Source: Mycobacteriales bacterium (lineage in GTDB: Bacteria > Actinomycetota > Actinomycetes > Mycobacteriales > QHCA01). From it: 64,000 nt of DNA. Location of the stretch: positions 55,899 through 119,898 of the forward strand of contig JBBRYN010000001.1 in assembly GCA_038237645.1 (NCBI GenBank). Reading direction: 5' to 3'. The position numbers were made by a program, and so were the translations under genes. Below the pieces are notes generated by a model. The model was not told the DNA's origin and searched no databases. It saw nothing but the letters and a program-made list of their open reading frames with translations. Position 1 is the first letter of the stretch, and each line of letters starts with the position of its first letter. This document shows, in pieces, positions 20,489-29,127 of this stretch.

Positions 20489-22000
20489 TCAGCGCCGGGC
20501 ACGAGAACGGTAGGCCGGGTCCGGGCCGGTGATCCGCTCCGCGGCCAGCCGGCCGGAGATCAGCACCATAGGCACGCCGACGCCGGGCTGGGTGCCCGAG
20601 CCGGCGAACACCACGTTGTCCAGCCTGGGTGCCAGGTTGGCCGGCCGGAAGGGGCCGGTCTGCCGGAAGGTGTGGGCGGCGGCGAAGGGCGTGCCCATCG
20701 CCAGCCCGGCGGCCTGCCAGTCGGCCGGCGTCACCGCGTGCTCGACCTCGACGGCGTCGCCGAAGCCGACATATCCTCTGGCCTCCAGGACGGCCACCAC
20801 CTCGTCGCGGTACCTCGGCCCGACGGCCTCCCAGTCGATGCCCGCACCGGTGTGGGGTGTCGGCACGAGCACGGAGTAGGTCTGCCTGCCGGCCGGTGCC
20901 AGCGACGGATCGCTGCACGACGGGTTGGTGACCAGCAGCGAGGGATCGCTCATCAACTGCTGACGTCCGATCAGCTCGCCGAAGGCGCCACGCCAGGAGC
21001 GTCCGAAGTGGATGGTGTGGTGGGCGGTCTGCCGATATACCGCCGAGGAGCCGGCGTGCAGCAGGAAACACGACGGCGAGTAGCGCAGCCGCGCGACGCG
21101 CCTCGGCGCGGCCCGCGGTGGCAACAGTGCGCCGTAAGCGACCGGGAGGTCAGCATTGAGCACGACCACGTCGGCCGGTATCCGCTCACCCGTAGCCGTC
21201 AGGACGGCCACCGCCCGGCCGCCGATGACCTCCACCTGGACCACCTCGTTGTCGTAGCGGAAGGTGACACCGTGCTTTTCCGCGGCGCCGGCCAGGGCGA
21301 GCGGCACACTGTGCATGCCACCACGCGGGAAGTAGACGCCGGCCACCGAGTCCATGTAGGCGATGACCGCGTAGCTGGCCAATGCGTCGTACGGCGAGAG
21401 CCCGGCGTACATCGCCTGGAAGGAAAAGACCCGTTGCAGGCGGGGATCGGGCAGGTATGACGCGACCTTCGGCGCCAGCCGCCGGAAGCCACCCAGCATG
21501 AGCAGGTGGAGCAGCCGCCGGCTGACGAGGTCGATCGGGGAATCGAGATTGCGGTCGATGAAATCCTGAAACTGCACCCGGTAGAGCCGGGACACGAAGG
21601 CGACGAATCGCAGGTAGCCGGCCGCGGCGGCCGGGCCGCAGACCCGTTCGACCTCGGCGGCCATCTCGCCGGGGTCGGCCAGCACGTCGAGCCGCGAGCC
21701 GTCGGGGTAGCAGGCCCGGTAGATCGGGGAGATCGGCTCCAGGTCGAGCCAGTCCGACAGCCGCTCGCCTACGCAGTCCAGCGCGTCGGCGATCAGGTCG
21801 GGCATGGTGAGCACCGTCGGGCCGGTGTCGAAGGTGTATCCACCGACCGTCAGCCGGCCGGCCCGCCCACCAGGCACCGCCGCGCGCTCCAGCACGGTGA
21901 CGGCGCGGCCGGCGCCGGCCAGCCGCAGGGCCGCCGACAGCCCGCCCAGCCCGGCGCCGACCACGACGACGTGATCGGTCCGGCCGGCTACCGTCCGCAC
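20489..22000 (-). CDS. crtI: Phytoene desaturase
   Basis: HVVVVGAGLGGLSAALRLAGAG (FAD-binding motif) ... FAGSGTQPGVGVPMVLISG (CrtI C-terminal signature). GTG at 22000 lies 10 nt after the crtE stop. Confidence 0.92.
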   Translation of the reverse strand: MRTVAGRTDHVVVVGAGLGGLSAALRLAGAGRAVTVLERAAVPGGRAGRLTVGGYTFDTGPTVLTMPDLIADALDCVGERLSDWLDLEPISPIYRACYPDGSRLDVLADPGEMAAEVERVCGPAAAAGYLRFVAFVSRLYRVQFQDFIDRNLDSPIDLVSRRLLHLLMLGGFRRLAPKVASYLPDPRLQRVFSFQAMYAGLSPYDALASYAVIAYMDSVAGVYFPRGGMHSVPLALAGAAEKHGVTFRYDNEVVQVEVIGGRAVAVLTATGERIPADVVVLNADLPVAYGALLPPRAAPRRVARLRYSPSCFLLHAGSSAVYRQTAHHTIHFGRSWRGAFGELIGRQQLMSDPSLLVTNPSCSDPSLAPAGRQTYSVLVPTPHTGAGIDWEAVGPRYRDEVVAVLEARGYVGFGDAVEVEHAVTPADWQAAGLAMGTPFAAAHTFRQTGPFRPANLAPRLDNVVFAGSGTQPGVGVPMVLISGRLAAERITGPDPAYRSRARR

Positions 22001-22010
22001 GCGGCAGGCC

Positions 22011-23132
22011 CTAGCCCTGCCGCGCGGTCGCGGCGACGGCGAGGTCGCGCAGCACGCCACGCGCCTCCTCGTCGATGTCGGCCAGTGCCAGCGCGGTCAA
22101 CGACTGCTCGGCCCGTTCGCTGATCAGCCGCTCGCTCTGCGCCAGCGCCCCGGTCTCGGTGATGACCTCGCGCAGCGCGGCGACCCCGCCGGCGGACAGG
22201 TGCGGGTCGCCGAGATGGCCGCGGACGAGTGCCGACTGGCGGGGGTCGGCCCGCTCGAGGGTGAGCGAGATCAGCACGGTGCGCTTGCCCTCGCGCAGGT
22301 CGTCGCCGGCCGGCTTGCCGGTGGCGGACGGGTCGCCGAACACCCCCAGTACGTCGTCGCGAAGCTGGAATGCCTCGCCCAGCGGCAGCCCGTAGGCCGT
22401 GTAGGAGGCGAGGACATGCGGCGGGGCGCCGGCCAACGCGGCCCCGAGGTGCAGCGGCCGCTCGATCGTGTATTTGGCGCTCTTGTACGTTGCCACCCGC
22501 ATCGAGCGTTCCGTGGCGGAGCCACCAATGACATCCGTGGCGGAGCCACCAATGACATCCGTGGATGCCCCCCCCACGGCCTGCTCGAGCACGTCGAGGT
22601 ACTGGCCGGCCATCAACTCCGTCCGCATCACGTCGTAGACCGGTTGCCCGCGCTGCAGGACTTCGGCGGGCAGCCCCGAGGTGTTGTAGGTCTCGTCGGC
22701 CCAGATGAGGCACAGGTCGCCGAGCAGGATGGCCGCGGACTGCCCGAACGCCTCCGGGTCGCCGCGCCAGCTCTCGGTGCGGTGCAGGGAAGCGAAGCGG
22801 CGGTGCACGGCGGGCGCCCCACGCCTGGTCTCCGACCCGTCCATCACGTCGTCGTGGATCAGGGCGCAGGCGTGCAGCAATTCCAGCGCGGCAACCGCCG
22901 CGACGATCTGGTCGTTGTCGCCGCCGCCTGCCCCGCGCCAGCCCCAGTAGCCGAAGGCCGGCCGCAGGCGCTTGCCGCTGTCGAGCAGAAAGTCCGAGAG
23001 CGCGTCGGCGACCGGGCCCAGGTCCACGCTGATCGCGTCGAGCCGGTGGCGTTGCCGGGTCAGGATGGCGTCGATCGCCTTGGTGACGCGGGCACGGAGG
23101 TCGACTCTGTCGACCGGACTCTCTGCTGTCAC
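22011..23132 (-). CDS. crtE: Polyprenyl (geranylgeranyl) diphosphate synthase
   Basis: FARM motif LIHDDVMDGS and SARM motif FQLRDDVLGVFGD, plus KYKSAKYT-type YKSAKYTIERPL. It holds the position equivalent to idsA2 (Rv2173). Confidence 0.92.
   Translation of the reverse strand: MTAESPVDRVDLRARVTKAIDAILTRQRHRLDAISVDLGPVADALSDFLLDSGKRLRPAFGYWGWRGAGGGDNDQIVAAVAALELLHACALIHDDVMDGSETRRGAPAVHRRFASLHRTESWRGDPEAFGQSAAILLGDLCLIWADETYNTSGLPAEVLQRGQPVYDVMRTELMAGQYLDVLEQAVGGASTDVIGGSATDVIGGSATERSMRVATYKSAKYTIERPLHLGAALAGAPPHVLASYTAYGLPLGEAFQLRDDVLGVFGDPSATGKPAGDDLREGKRTVLISLTLERADPRQSALVRGHLGDPHLSAGGVAALREVITETGALAQSERLISERAEQSLTALALADIDEEARGVLRDLAVAATARQG
22513..22560 (-). repeat. Perfect 24-bp x2 in-frame tandem duplication inside crtE, with a diverged third copy at 22561-22584
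   Basis: GTGGCGGAGCCACCAATGACATCC occurs twice back to back. It encodes GGSATDVI-GGSATDVI within AVGGASTDVIGGSATDVIGGSATERS, between the two Asp-rich motifs. Confidence 0.95.
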
Positions 23133-23207
23133 GGGCCATCCTGACTCGAAGCGTGCACCCGAGTATCGGTCATGCCCATCCTCGGCCCGGCACTACGCTT
23201 CGGATCC

Positions 23208-24122
23208 ATGGCACTCGGATCGGCATCGACGCTGCCCAGGACCGCCGCGATCAGCGACCTGCTGGCCGCCGGCGGGCGCTCGGTGTCCTTCGAGTTCTTT
23301 CCCCCCAAGACCGACCAGGGGGAGCGGCAGCTCTGGCAGACGCTGCGCGACCTCGAACGCCTGCAGCCGACCTTCGTCTCCGTGACGTACGGCGCCGGTG
23401 GCGGCACCCGGGACCGTACGGTCGGCATCACCGAGCGCATCGCGACGGACACGACGCTGACCCCGGTGGCGCACCTTACGGCCGTCAACCACTCGGTGGC
23501 GGAGCTCCGCCGGATCATCGGCCTCTACGCGTCCGTGGGCGTGCGCAACGTGCTCGCCCTGCGCGGCGACCCGCCGGGCGACCCGCAGGCCGAGTGGCTG
23601 GCACACCCGGAGGGGCTCGCCTACGCCGAGGATCTCGTCCGGCTGATCCGCCACTCCGGCGACTTCTGCGTCGGGGTGGCGGCCTTCCCGGAGAAGCACC
23701 CGCGCTCGCCCGACCTCGACTCCGACATCCGCTACTTCGTGCAGAAGTGCCGTGCCGGCGCCGACTACGCGATCACCCAGATGTTCTTCCGGGCCGACGA
23801 CTACCTGCGGCTGCGCGACCGGGTGGCGGCCGCCGGCTGCGACATCGCGATCCTGCCCGGCATCATGCCGGTCACCAACGTGCAGCAGATCGAGCGCTTT
23901 GCCGTCCTCACCGGGGCCGAGTTCCCCGCCGATCTCGCGCAGCGACTGCACGCGGTGGAGGACGACCCGGAGGCGGTGCGGGCGATCGGTGTCGAGGTGG
24001 CCACCGACCTGTGCCGGACACTGCTGGAGGAGGGCGCGCCGGGCCTGCACTTCATCACCCTCAACCGGTCGACGGCCACTCGCGAGATCTGGGCGCGGCT
24101 CGCACTGTCCGACCGCGACTAG
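23208..24122 (+). CDS. metF: Methylenetetrahydrofolate reductase
   Basis: [41 protein letters not shown] at 23208 is preferred because TACGCT (TANNNT) ends 8 nt upstream, which suggests a leaderless mRNA. The track start at ATG 23172 remains possible. Confidence 0.88.
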   Translation: MALGSASTLPRTAAISDLLAAGGRSVSFEFFPPKTDQGERQLWQTLRDLERLQPTFVSVTYGAGGGTRDRTVGITERIATDTTLTPVAHLTAVNHSVAELRRIIGLYASVGVRNVLALRGDPPGDPQAEWLAHPEGLAYAEDLVRLIRHSGDFCVGVAAFPEKHPRSPDLDSDIRYFVQKCRAGADYAITQMFFRADDYLRLRDRVAAAGCDIAILPGIMPVTNVQQIERFAVLTGAEFPADLAQRLHAVEDDPEAVRAIGVEVATDLCRTLLEEGAPGLHFITLNRSTATREIWARLALSDRD

Positions 24123-24126
24123 CGGC

Positions 24127-24795
24127 ATGCGCGTGCTGCCCGACCGGGACGGCTACTTCACGCTGTGGTCCGGGCTGCACGGCGGGTACGACCCCCGCGC
24201 GGCGTTCTGGCCGCGGACCTGGCTGACAGTTTCCTACTACTGTGCCCGGCCGCTGGCCCGGCTCGGTGTCGCGCCCCACGTGTTGACCGCGGCCGGCGGG
24301 CTGACCAGCGGGGCGGTGGCCGGGGTGGCCTGGCTCGGCGGCCGCTGGGCGCTGCTCGCTGTCATTGTCGTGCTTGCCTCGGGGCTGACCGACAGTCTCG
24401 ACGGCGCCGTAGCGGCGCTGACCGGCCGGGCTACGGCGTTCGGCTACGTCCTGGACTCCCTCGTCGACCGGCTCTCCGACGGCTCCTACCTGCTCGCGCT
24501 GTGGCTGGTCGGCGCGCCGGCCTGGCTCTGCGTGCTCGGCGGGGTGGTCACCATGTTGCAGGAGTATCTGCGTGCGCGGGCCGGCAACGCGGGCATGGCC
24601 GAGATCGGCGTCGTGACCGTTGCCGAGCGGCCCACCCGGGTGATCATCACCGCCGTCACCCTGTGCGCGGCCGGGTTGCTCCCGCGCCACGCCGGTGCAG
24701 CCGCTGCTGCCGGTGCGGCCGCCTGGCTGGTCGCCGGCACGATGGGCTTCGGCCAGCTGGCCGTGGCGGTGCGGCGTAGCCTCACCGGCGGGTGA
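24127..24795 (+). CDS. CDP-alcohol phosphatidyltransferase family membrane protein
   Basis: DSLDGAVAALTGRATAFGYVLDSLVDRLSD matches D-G-x2-A-x8-G-x3-D-x3-D. The protein is multi-TM, and ATG at 24127 lies 4 nt after the metF stop. Confidence 0.8.
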   Translation: MRVLPDRDGYFTLWSGLHGGYDPRAAFWPRTWLTVSYYCARPLARLGVAPHVLTAAGGLTSGAVAGVAWLGGRWALLAVIVVLASGLTDSLDGAVAALTGRATAFGYVLDSLVDRLSDGSYLLALWLVGAPAWLCVLGGVVTMLQEYLRARAGNAGMAEIGVVTVAERPTRVIITAVTLCAAGLLPRHAGAAAAAGAAAWLVAGTMGFGQLAVAVRRSLTGG

Positions 24796-24854
24796 GGGGT
24801 GCCTATCGCTGACGAGTCTGGGTCGGCTGACCTGCGGACCTGCTGAAGGGTGGC

Positions 24855-25235
24855 TCACTGGTGCCGGTCCTCGATGACCAGCAGCCGGGCGCCAGCCTCG
24901 TTTTCGATGATGGTGCGGCGGGCGCGGTAGCTGCCGGGATGACGCGACAGGTGTTCTGGACTGGGAATGGCGACGGCCCGGACCTCTTGGCGGCGCAAAG
25001 CATCCATCAGCGCGCAGAAGGCCGACCGTTCTGGATGGTCGTGAGACGGGTCGTACAGATCCGTGAAGACGTGCCCCAGCGTCAGGCCTTCCCGCTCGGC
25101 GTACGAGTGGATTTCGGCTGCGAGCAGAGCACGCGTGTCCGGTGGATCGGCTGCCCATACCCGGAAGTAGCCGAGGATCAGCGGCCGTAGCCGACCGAAA
25201 CCAGCGTCGTCGATTACGAAATCGGGCACCGTCAT
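24855..25235 (-). CDS. Small resolvase-N-terminal-domain-like protein lacking the catalytic serine
   Basis: MTVPDFVIDDAGFGRLRPLILGYFRVWAADPP...IHSYAEREGLTLGHVF...RAVAIPSPEHLSR. By eye it aligns to the serine-recombinase catalytic domain (GYxRVSTxxQ), but with W-A in place of S-T and no DNA-binding domain. The internal ATG at 25235 was chosen. Confidence 0.5.
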   Translation of the reverse strand: MTVPDFVIDDAGFGRLRPLILGYFRVWAADPPDTRALLAAEIHSYAEREGLTLGHVFTDLYDPSHDHPERSAFCALMDALRRQEVRAVAIPSPEHLSRHPGSYRARRTIIENEAGARLLVIEDRHQ

Positions 25236-25407
25236 GGCGATGACGATCCGGTGACGTCCCGTGACCGGTCGAGGGCCGTTCGTGGGCGGCTTGCGGACCC
25301 ATCCGGGACCGGCCCCGGTCCCCAGTAGGACCAATGCTCGAGGCGCTTGCTCTTTGGATCCTGGGAGGTCAGCGTCAGACTGGACGTGTCGAAAGGAGTT
25401 GCGCACC

Positions 25408-26721
25408 ATGGCAGGTCGGGCTGCGACACCTCGCACGGTCCTGGAGCAGATGCTCTGGAAGCAGGACAGGACCTACGAGGAGTTGGCCTGCGACTTCGAC
25501 GGGTTGGCACGCCAGATGGGCGAGCGGGCAACGATGAGCGCTCGGCACCTTCGGCGGCTGGCGTCGGGGCAGCGGTCGGGCACGACGCCCGTGACCCGCC
25601 GAGTCCTTCAACAGATGTTCGGCCTGCCCACCGGTGAGCTTCTTCAGTCGTTAGCCGATGGGCACGGCACTGTCACCTCAACGCCGGCCGAGGGGATCCT
25701 GGCCGACCCGAGCGAGCGAGAGTTGGTTGCCATGGCGGCGCAGCGCGCCCGCAAATTCACCCTGTCCACCAAGGCGACCGCGAGTGCTGAGTCCGTGGAG
25801 CAGGTCTATGACGATGTTCGGCGGCTGGCTGTCGCCTACCCTCGACACCCGCTGTCGGAAGTCCTCGCCACTCTCGTCCAGGTGCAGGACAGCACGTATG
25901 AACTGCTCGAACATCGGCAACGGCCGCAGCAGGCGCGCGATCTGTACCTTCTTGCCGGGGTGGTGGGAGGCATGCTCGCCAAGGCCTCCCACGACCTGGC
26001 CGATCCATATGCCGCTATGACCCAGGCCCGCGCAGCATTCCTGTGTGCGGACAACGCTGATCATGATGGTCTCCGCGCATGGTTGCGAGGCCTCCAGGCT
26101 CTCATCGCTTACTGGGCCGGTCGTCCAGCCGAGTCGGTCCGGTATGCCCAGTCGGGCGCCGAATACGTGGCCGAAGGGTATGGATCGGCCGGGGTGTGGT
26201 TGTCCTTGAGCCAAGCCCGTGGACTCGCCTCGCTCGGCGACCGGGAGGGCACCATGCATGCGATCCGTCAGGCGGAGGACGGCTGGGAAATGTTCCAGCC
26301 AGATCAACTTGATGAGTTCGGTGGTATCTGCACATTCACTCGGTCGCGTCAGATCTACTACGCCGCGGACGCGCTCAGCTGGCTTCCCGATGAAGCCGTC
26401 CGTGCGGAGAACTACTCGGTCGAGGCCGTGCAGGCGTACAGCGACACTGACTCATCCGAGTGGGCGTTTGGCGATCAAGCCGGCTCGCACACGAACCTGG
26501 CCATCGCCCAGATTGCTCGCGGGGAGCTGGACGGTGCCTATGAAGCCCTCGACCCGGTGCTTGGTCTCCCGCCGGGGCGACGGATCAATGGGATCATCCA
26601 CTCCCTGCGGCGGGTGAACGACGCGCTGCGGCGATCGACGTCCGACGCGGACCGGGTTGTTGAGTTGCAGGAGGGAATCGAGGCATTCACTCGCACCCCG
26701 GTCGCGGCTCACCTGCGGTGA
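25408..26721 (+). CDS. XRE-type HTH regulator with a large C-terminal TPR-like helical domain
   Basis: ATG at 25408 has AAAGGAG 10 nt upstream. The N-terminus (TYEELACDFDGLARQMGERATMSARHLRRLASGQR) is HTH-like. The remaining ~350 aa are helical repeats (YLLAGVVGGMLAKASHDLADPYAAM..., LIAYWAGR...). Confidence 0.65.
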   Translation: MAGRAATPRTVLEQMLWKQDRTYEELACDFDGLARQMGERATMSARHLRRLASGQRSGTTPVTRRVLQQMFGLPTGELLQSLADGHGTVTSTPAEGILADPSERELVAMAAQRARKFTLSTKATASAESVEQVYDDVRRLAVAYPRHPLSEVLATLVQVQDSTYELLEHRQRPQQARDLYLLAGVVGGMLAKASHDLADPYAAMTQARAAFLCADNADHDGLRAWLRGLQALIAYWAGRPAESVRYAQSGAEYVAEGYGSAGVWLSLSQARGLASLGDREGTMHAIRQAEDGWEMFQPDQLDEFGGICTFTRSRQIYYAADALSWLPDEAVRAENYSVEAVQAYSDTDSSEWAFGDQAGSHTNLAIAQIARGELDGAYEALDPVLGLPPGRRINGIIHSLRRVNDALRRSTSDADRVVELQEGIEAFTRTPVAAHLR

Positions 26722-27341
26722 GCAGATGGGTTCGCACCCCGGTTCAAGTCCCCGGCCACCACGTCGTCCTGCGCGACTTCCGGCCCGACGATGTGGACGC
26801 TGCCCTTGCCGTGGTGGGCGACGACCGGGTAACACGATCGCTGTCCTTCGACAGCCGTGATCGAGATCAGGCAGCGGCCATGATCACCGGCGTGATTGAC
26901 CGCGCGAGCCGGGACCCTCGTATCGAGTACTACCTGGCAATCACGCTCACTCAGACGGACGAGGCCATCGGTTTCGCCCGGCTGGGCCTCGACGGAGTTC
27001 AAGCGGCAAAGCTCGGCTACGCGATAGCCGCTGATCTCTGGGGCCGTGGGTACGCCACCGATGCCGCACGCACTATCGTCAGCTTCGGATTCCACGACCT
27101 CGGCCTGCATCGGATCAGCGCCGCAATCGGCCCCGACAACGCGCACTCGATCGCCTTGATTGAGCGGCTCGGTTTTGCGTACGAGGGCCGCATCCGGCAC
27201 CACGTCTTGACCAATGGAGTGTGGCGCGACAGCTTGCTGTACTCCGTTCTCGCCGAAGAGTGGGTCGTCGCCCAGTCGGGTCCGGCCGCCCCGGCCGGAC
27301 CGGTGCTCAGCGCAGTGCCTCCGGCTGCCTCTGAGGGGTGA
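26718..27341 (+). CDS. GNAT N-acetyltransferase (RimJ/RimL-like)
   Basis: LRDFRPDDVDAALAVVGDDRV..., LGYAIAADLWGRGYATDAARTIVSFGF, RISAAIGPDNAHSIALIERLGFAYEG. GTG at 26718 overlaps the upstream stop (GTGA). Confidence 0.85.
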   Translation: MSRWVRTPVQVPGHHVVLRDFRPDDVDAALAVVGDDRVTRSLSFDSRDRDQAAAMITGVIDRASRDPRIEYYLAITLTQTDEAIGFARLGLDGVQAAKLGYAIAADLWGRGYATDAARTIVSFGFHDLGLHRISAAIGPDNAHSIALIERLGFAYEGRIRHHVLTNGVWRDSLLYSVLAEEWVVAQSGPAAPAGPVLSAVPPAASEG

Positions 27342-29038
27342 TCGTCGCCGGCGAGTTGTCCGCTGCCGGCGTGGCCGGTGAGCCGCTGGCGATCGTCGTC
27401 GTGCCGGGTGTCGGCCTGGCACTGGCCTGGGCCGGCGGCGAGCTGCAGGTGCCGACGCCCGAGCCGGCAACCGTCGTGCGCGATCTGGCGTCCCTGGATC
27501 CCCGGTGGACGTGGTGGTCGGCGCGGGCGACGGCGGCCACGCTGGTCGAGGCCGGAGTACGCCCGCGGATCTGCTGGGACCTCGGCGCGGTCGGACGGCT
27601 GCTGCACGGGCTGCGCCGCGACGACCCAGCGGCCGTGTGGGCCGCCGAGCACGGCCTGCCCGAGCCGCCGCTGCCCGCTGCGGCCCCCGACCTCTTCGAC
27701 CTGGACGCTGGATCGGGTGGGCCGGTACGCGGCGACGGTCAGCTCAGCCGGGAGTGGCTGGCCGGAAGCTGGGCGAGCGGCCTCGACTCGGCGCAGCGCT
27801 GGGCCAGGCTGGCGATGGCGGTCCAGGGTCGCCAGGAGGCGGCACTGCACGCCTTGCCTGATTTCCGGCCGGGGCCCCGGCAGCCGCCACTGGCCTGGTT
27901 GACCGCGTGCGCTGAATCGGCAGTGGCACTGTTGGCGGTGGAGCTCTCCCACGACGGGCTGCCGCTCGACCGGACGGTTTTCGCCGGGCTGCTGCGAGCC
28001 GCCATCGGCGAGCGGCCGGCGGATGCCGCTGAGCGGGCTGCCGGTCAGAGCGCCCGCGACGCGCTGGTGCTGCGGCACTTCGCCGGGCCGCCGGTCGACC
28101 TGCGCAACCCGCTGCAGGTGCGGGAGATGCTCGGCCGGGCCGGCTTCGACGTTCCGGACACCCGGTCCTGGCGCCTGCAGCCGCACGCCGCCACCAACCC
28201 GGGGATCGCGGCCCTGCTCGCCTGGCGCAAGGCCGAGCGAATTGCCACGACGTACGGCTGGCGCTGGCTGTCCCGGCACGTCGGCGAGGACGGGCGGCTG
28301 CGCGGGGGGTGGAACGCGGCCGACGGGGGATCCGGCCGGATGACGGCGGCGGCCGGGCTGCACAATCTGCCGGCGGTGCTGAGGACGGCCGTCCGTGCCG
28401 AGCCCGGCAAGATCCTGGTACGCGCCGACCTGGGCCAGGTGGAGCCGCGGGTGCTCGCGGCCGTCTCCGGCGACGCCGGGCTGGCACAGGCCGCCGGCGC
28501 GGACGACATGTACGCACCGGTGGCAGCAGCGCTCGGCTGCGACCGGCCGACGGCCAAGGTCGCCGTGCTCGCCGCGATGTACGGCCAGACCTCGGGGGTC
28601 GCCGGCGCGGCGCTGCGCGACATGGACCGCGCCTACCCGCGGGCCATGGCCTACCTGCGAGCGGCAGAGGAGTCCGGGCGGCGGGGCCGGGACGTGCGCA
28701 CCTACGGTGGCCGGCTGATCCCCCTGGCGCTGCCCGGGCCGGACGCCGCACCCGGCTACGGCCGCTACGCCCGCAACGCCGTCGTGCAGGGGGCGGCGGC
28801 TGAGCTGTTCAAGGCCTGGACGGCGACCGTCCGGGACGGTCTGCGAGTGATCGGCGGGGAGATCGTGCTGTGCCTGCATGACGAACTGCTGCTGCAGGTG
28901 CCACGGCGACAGGCCGGCGCCACCAGGGAACTGCTCTCCGCAAGTCTGGACAGCACGACTCGCTGGTGGGCCGCCGGCAGCCCGGTGCGTTTCGTCGTCG
29001 AGGTGAGCTTCGGCGCCAGTTGGGCCGACGCCCACTGA
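27338..29038 (+). CDS. Family-A DNA polymerase (short PolA-like, annotated in databases as bifunctional 3'-5' exonuclease/DNA polymerase)
   Basis: Motif A is RADLGQVEPRVLAAVSGD, motif B is RPTAKVAVLAAMYGQTSG and motif C is LCLHDELLLQV. GTG at 27338 overlaps the GNAT stop (GTGA). Confidence 0.8.
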   Translation: MIVAGELSAAGVAGEPLAIVVVPGVGLALAWAGGELQVPTPEPATVVRDLASLDPRWTWWSARATAATLVEAGVRPRICWDLGAVGRLLHGLRRDDPAAVWAAEHGLPEPPLPAAAPDLFDLDAGSGGPVRGDGQLSREWLAGSWASGLDSAQRWARLAMAVQGRQEAALHALPDFRPGPRQPPLAWLTACAESAVALLAVELSHDGLPLDRTVFAGLLRAAIGERPADAAERAAGQSARDALVLRHFAGPPVDLRNPLQVREMLGRAGFDVPDTRSWRLQPHAATNPGIAALLAWRKAERIATTYGWRWLSRHVGEDGRLRGGWNAADGGSGRMTAAAGLHNLPAVLRTAVRAEPGKILVRADLGQVEPRVLAAVSGDAGLAQAAGADDMYAPVAAALGCDRPTAKVAVLAAMYGQTSGVAGAALRDMDRAYPRAMAYLRAAEESGRRGRDVRTYGGRLIPLALPGPDAAPGYGRYARNAVVQGAAAELFKAWTATVRDGLRVIGGEIVLCLHDELLLQVPRRQAGATRELLSASLDSTTRWWAAGSPVRFVVEVSFGASWADAH

Positions 29039-29060
29039 TTGTTATTTCACTACCTTGCCA

Positions 29061-29085
29061 GTGCCGGACGACAGTATTCCGGCAC
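29061..29085. terminator. Hairpin in the AT-richer convergent spacer between the polymerase gene and crtD (possible bidirectional terminator)
   Basis: GTGCCGGA-cgacagtat-TCCGGCAC, an 8-bp perfect stem. A second TCCGGCAC copy lies at 29091-29098. There is only a weak T-tract. Confidence 0.35.
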
Positions 29086-29127
29086 AGGTTTCCGGCACAC
29101 TGGCCTCCGGCAGAAAGGTCAGCCGGT

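Noticed and set aside
19250-21460. Very long track ORFs with no recognisable domains. Examples: 19250-21460 (+), 736 aa; 15470-17083 (+); 27017-29035 (-); 28966-30810 (+); 38330-39658 (-); 52448-54139 (-); 54115-55479 (-); 56636-58045 (-); 60143-61636 (-); 158-1504 (-).
   Set aside because: All lie antisense to, or out of frame with, genes that have clear family signatures. Their products are Arg/Pro/Gly/Ala-rich low-complexity strings, typical of stop-poor shadow frames in very GC-rich DNA.
25305-25322. GC-rich palindrome GGGACCGG-cc-CCGGTCCC in the divergent resolvase-like / XRE-TPR spacer.
   Set aside because: With only 8-bp arms of almost pure G/C, several such matches are expected by chance in 64 kb of DNA this GC-rich. 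It is not sufficient evidence for an operator.
24855-25436. A functional serine recombinase or mobile element at 24.9-25.4 kb.
   Set aside because: The protein is only about 126 aa, lacks the nucleophilic serine and any HTH/DNA-binding domain, and I found no flanking inverted or direct repeats. It is treated as a resolvase-fold protein of unknown function.
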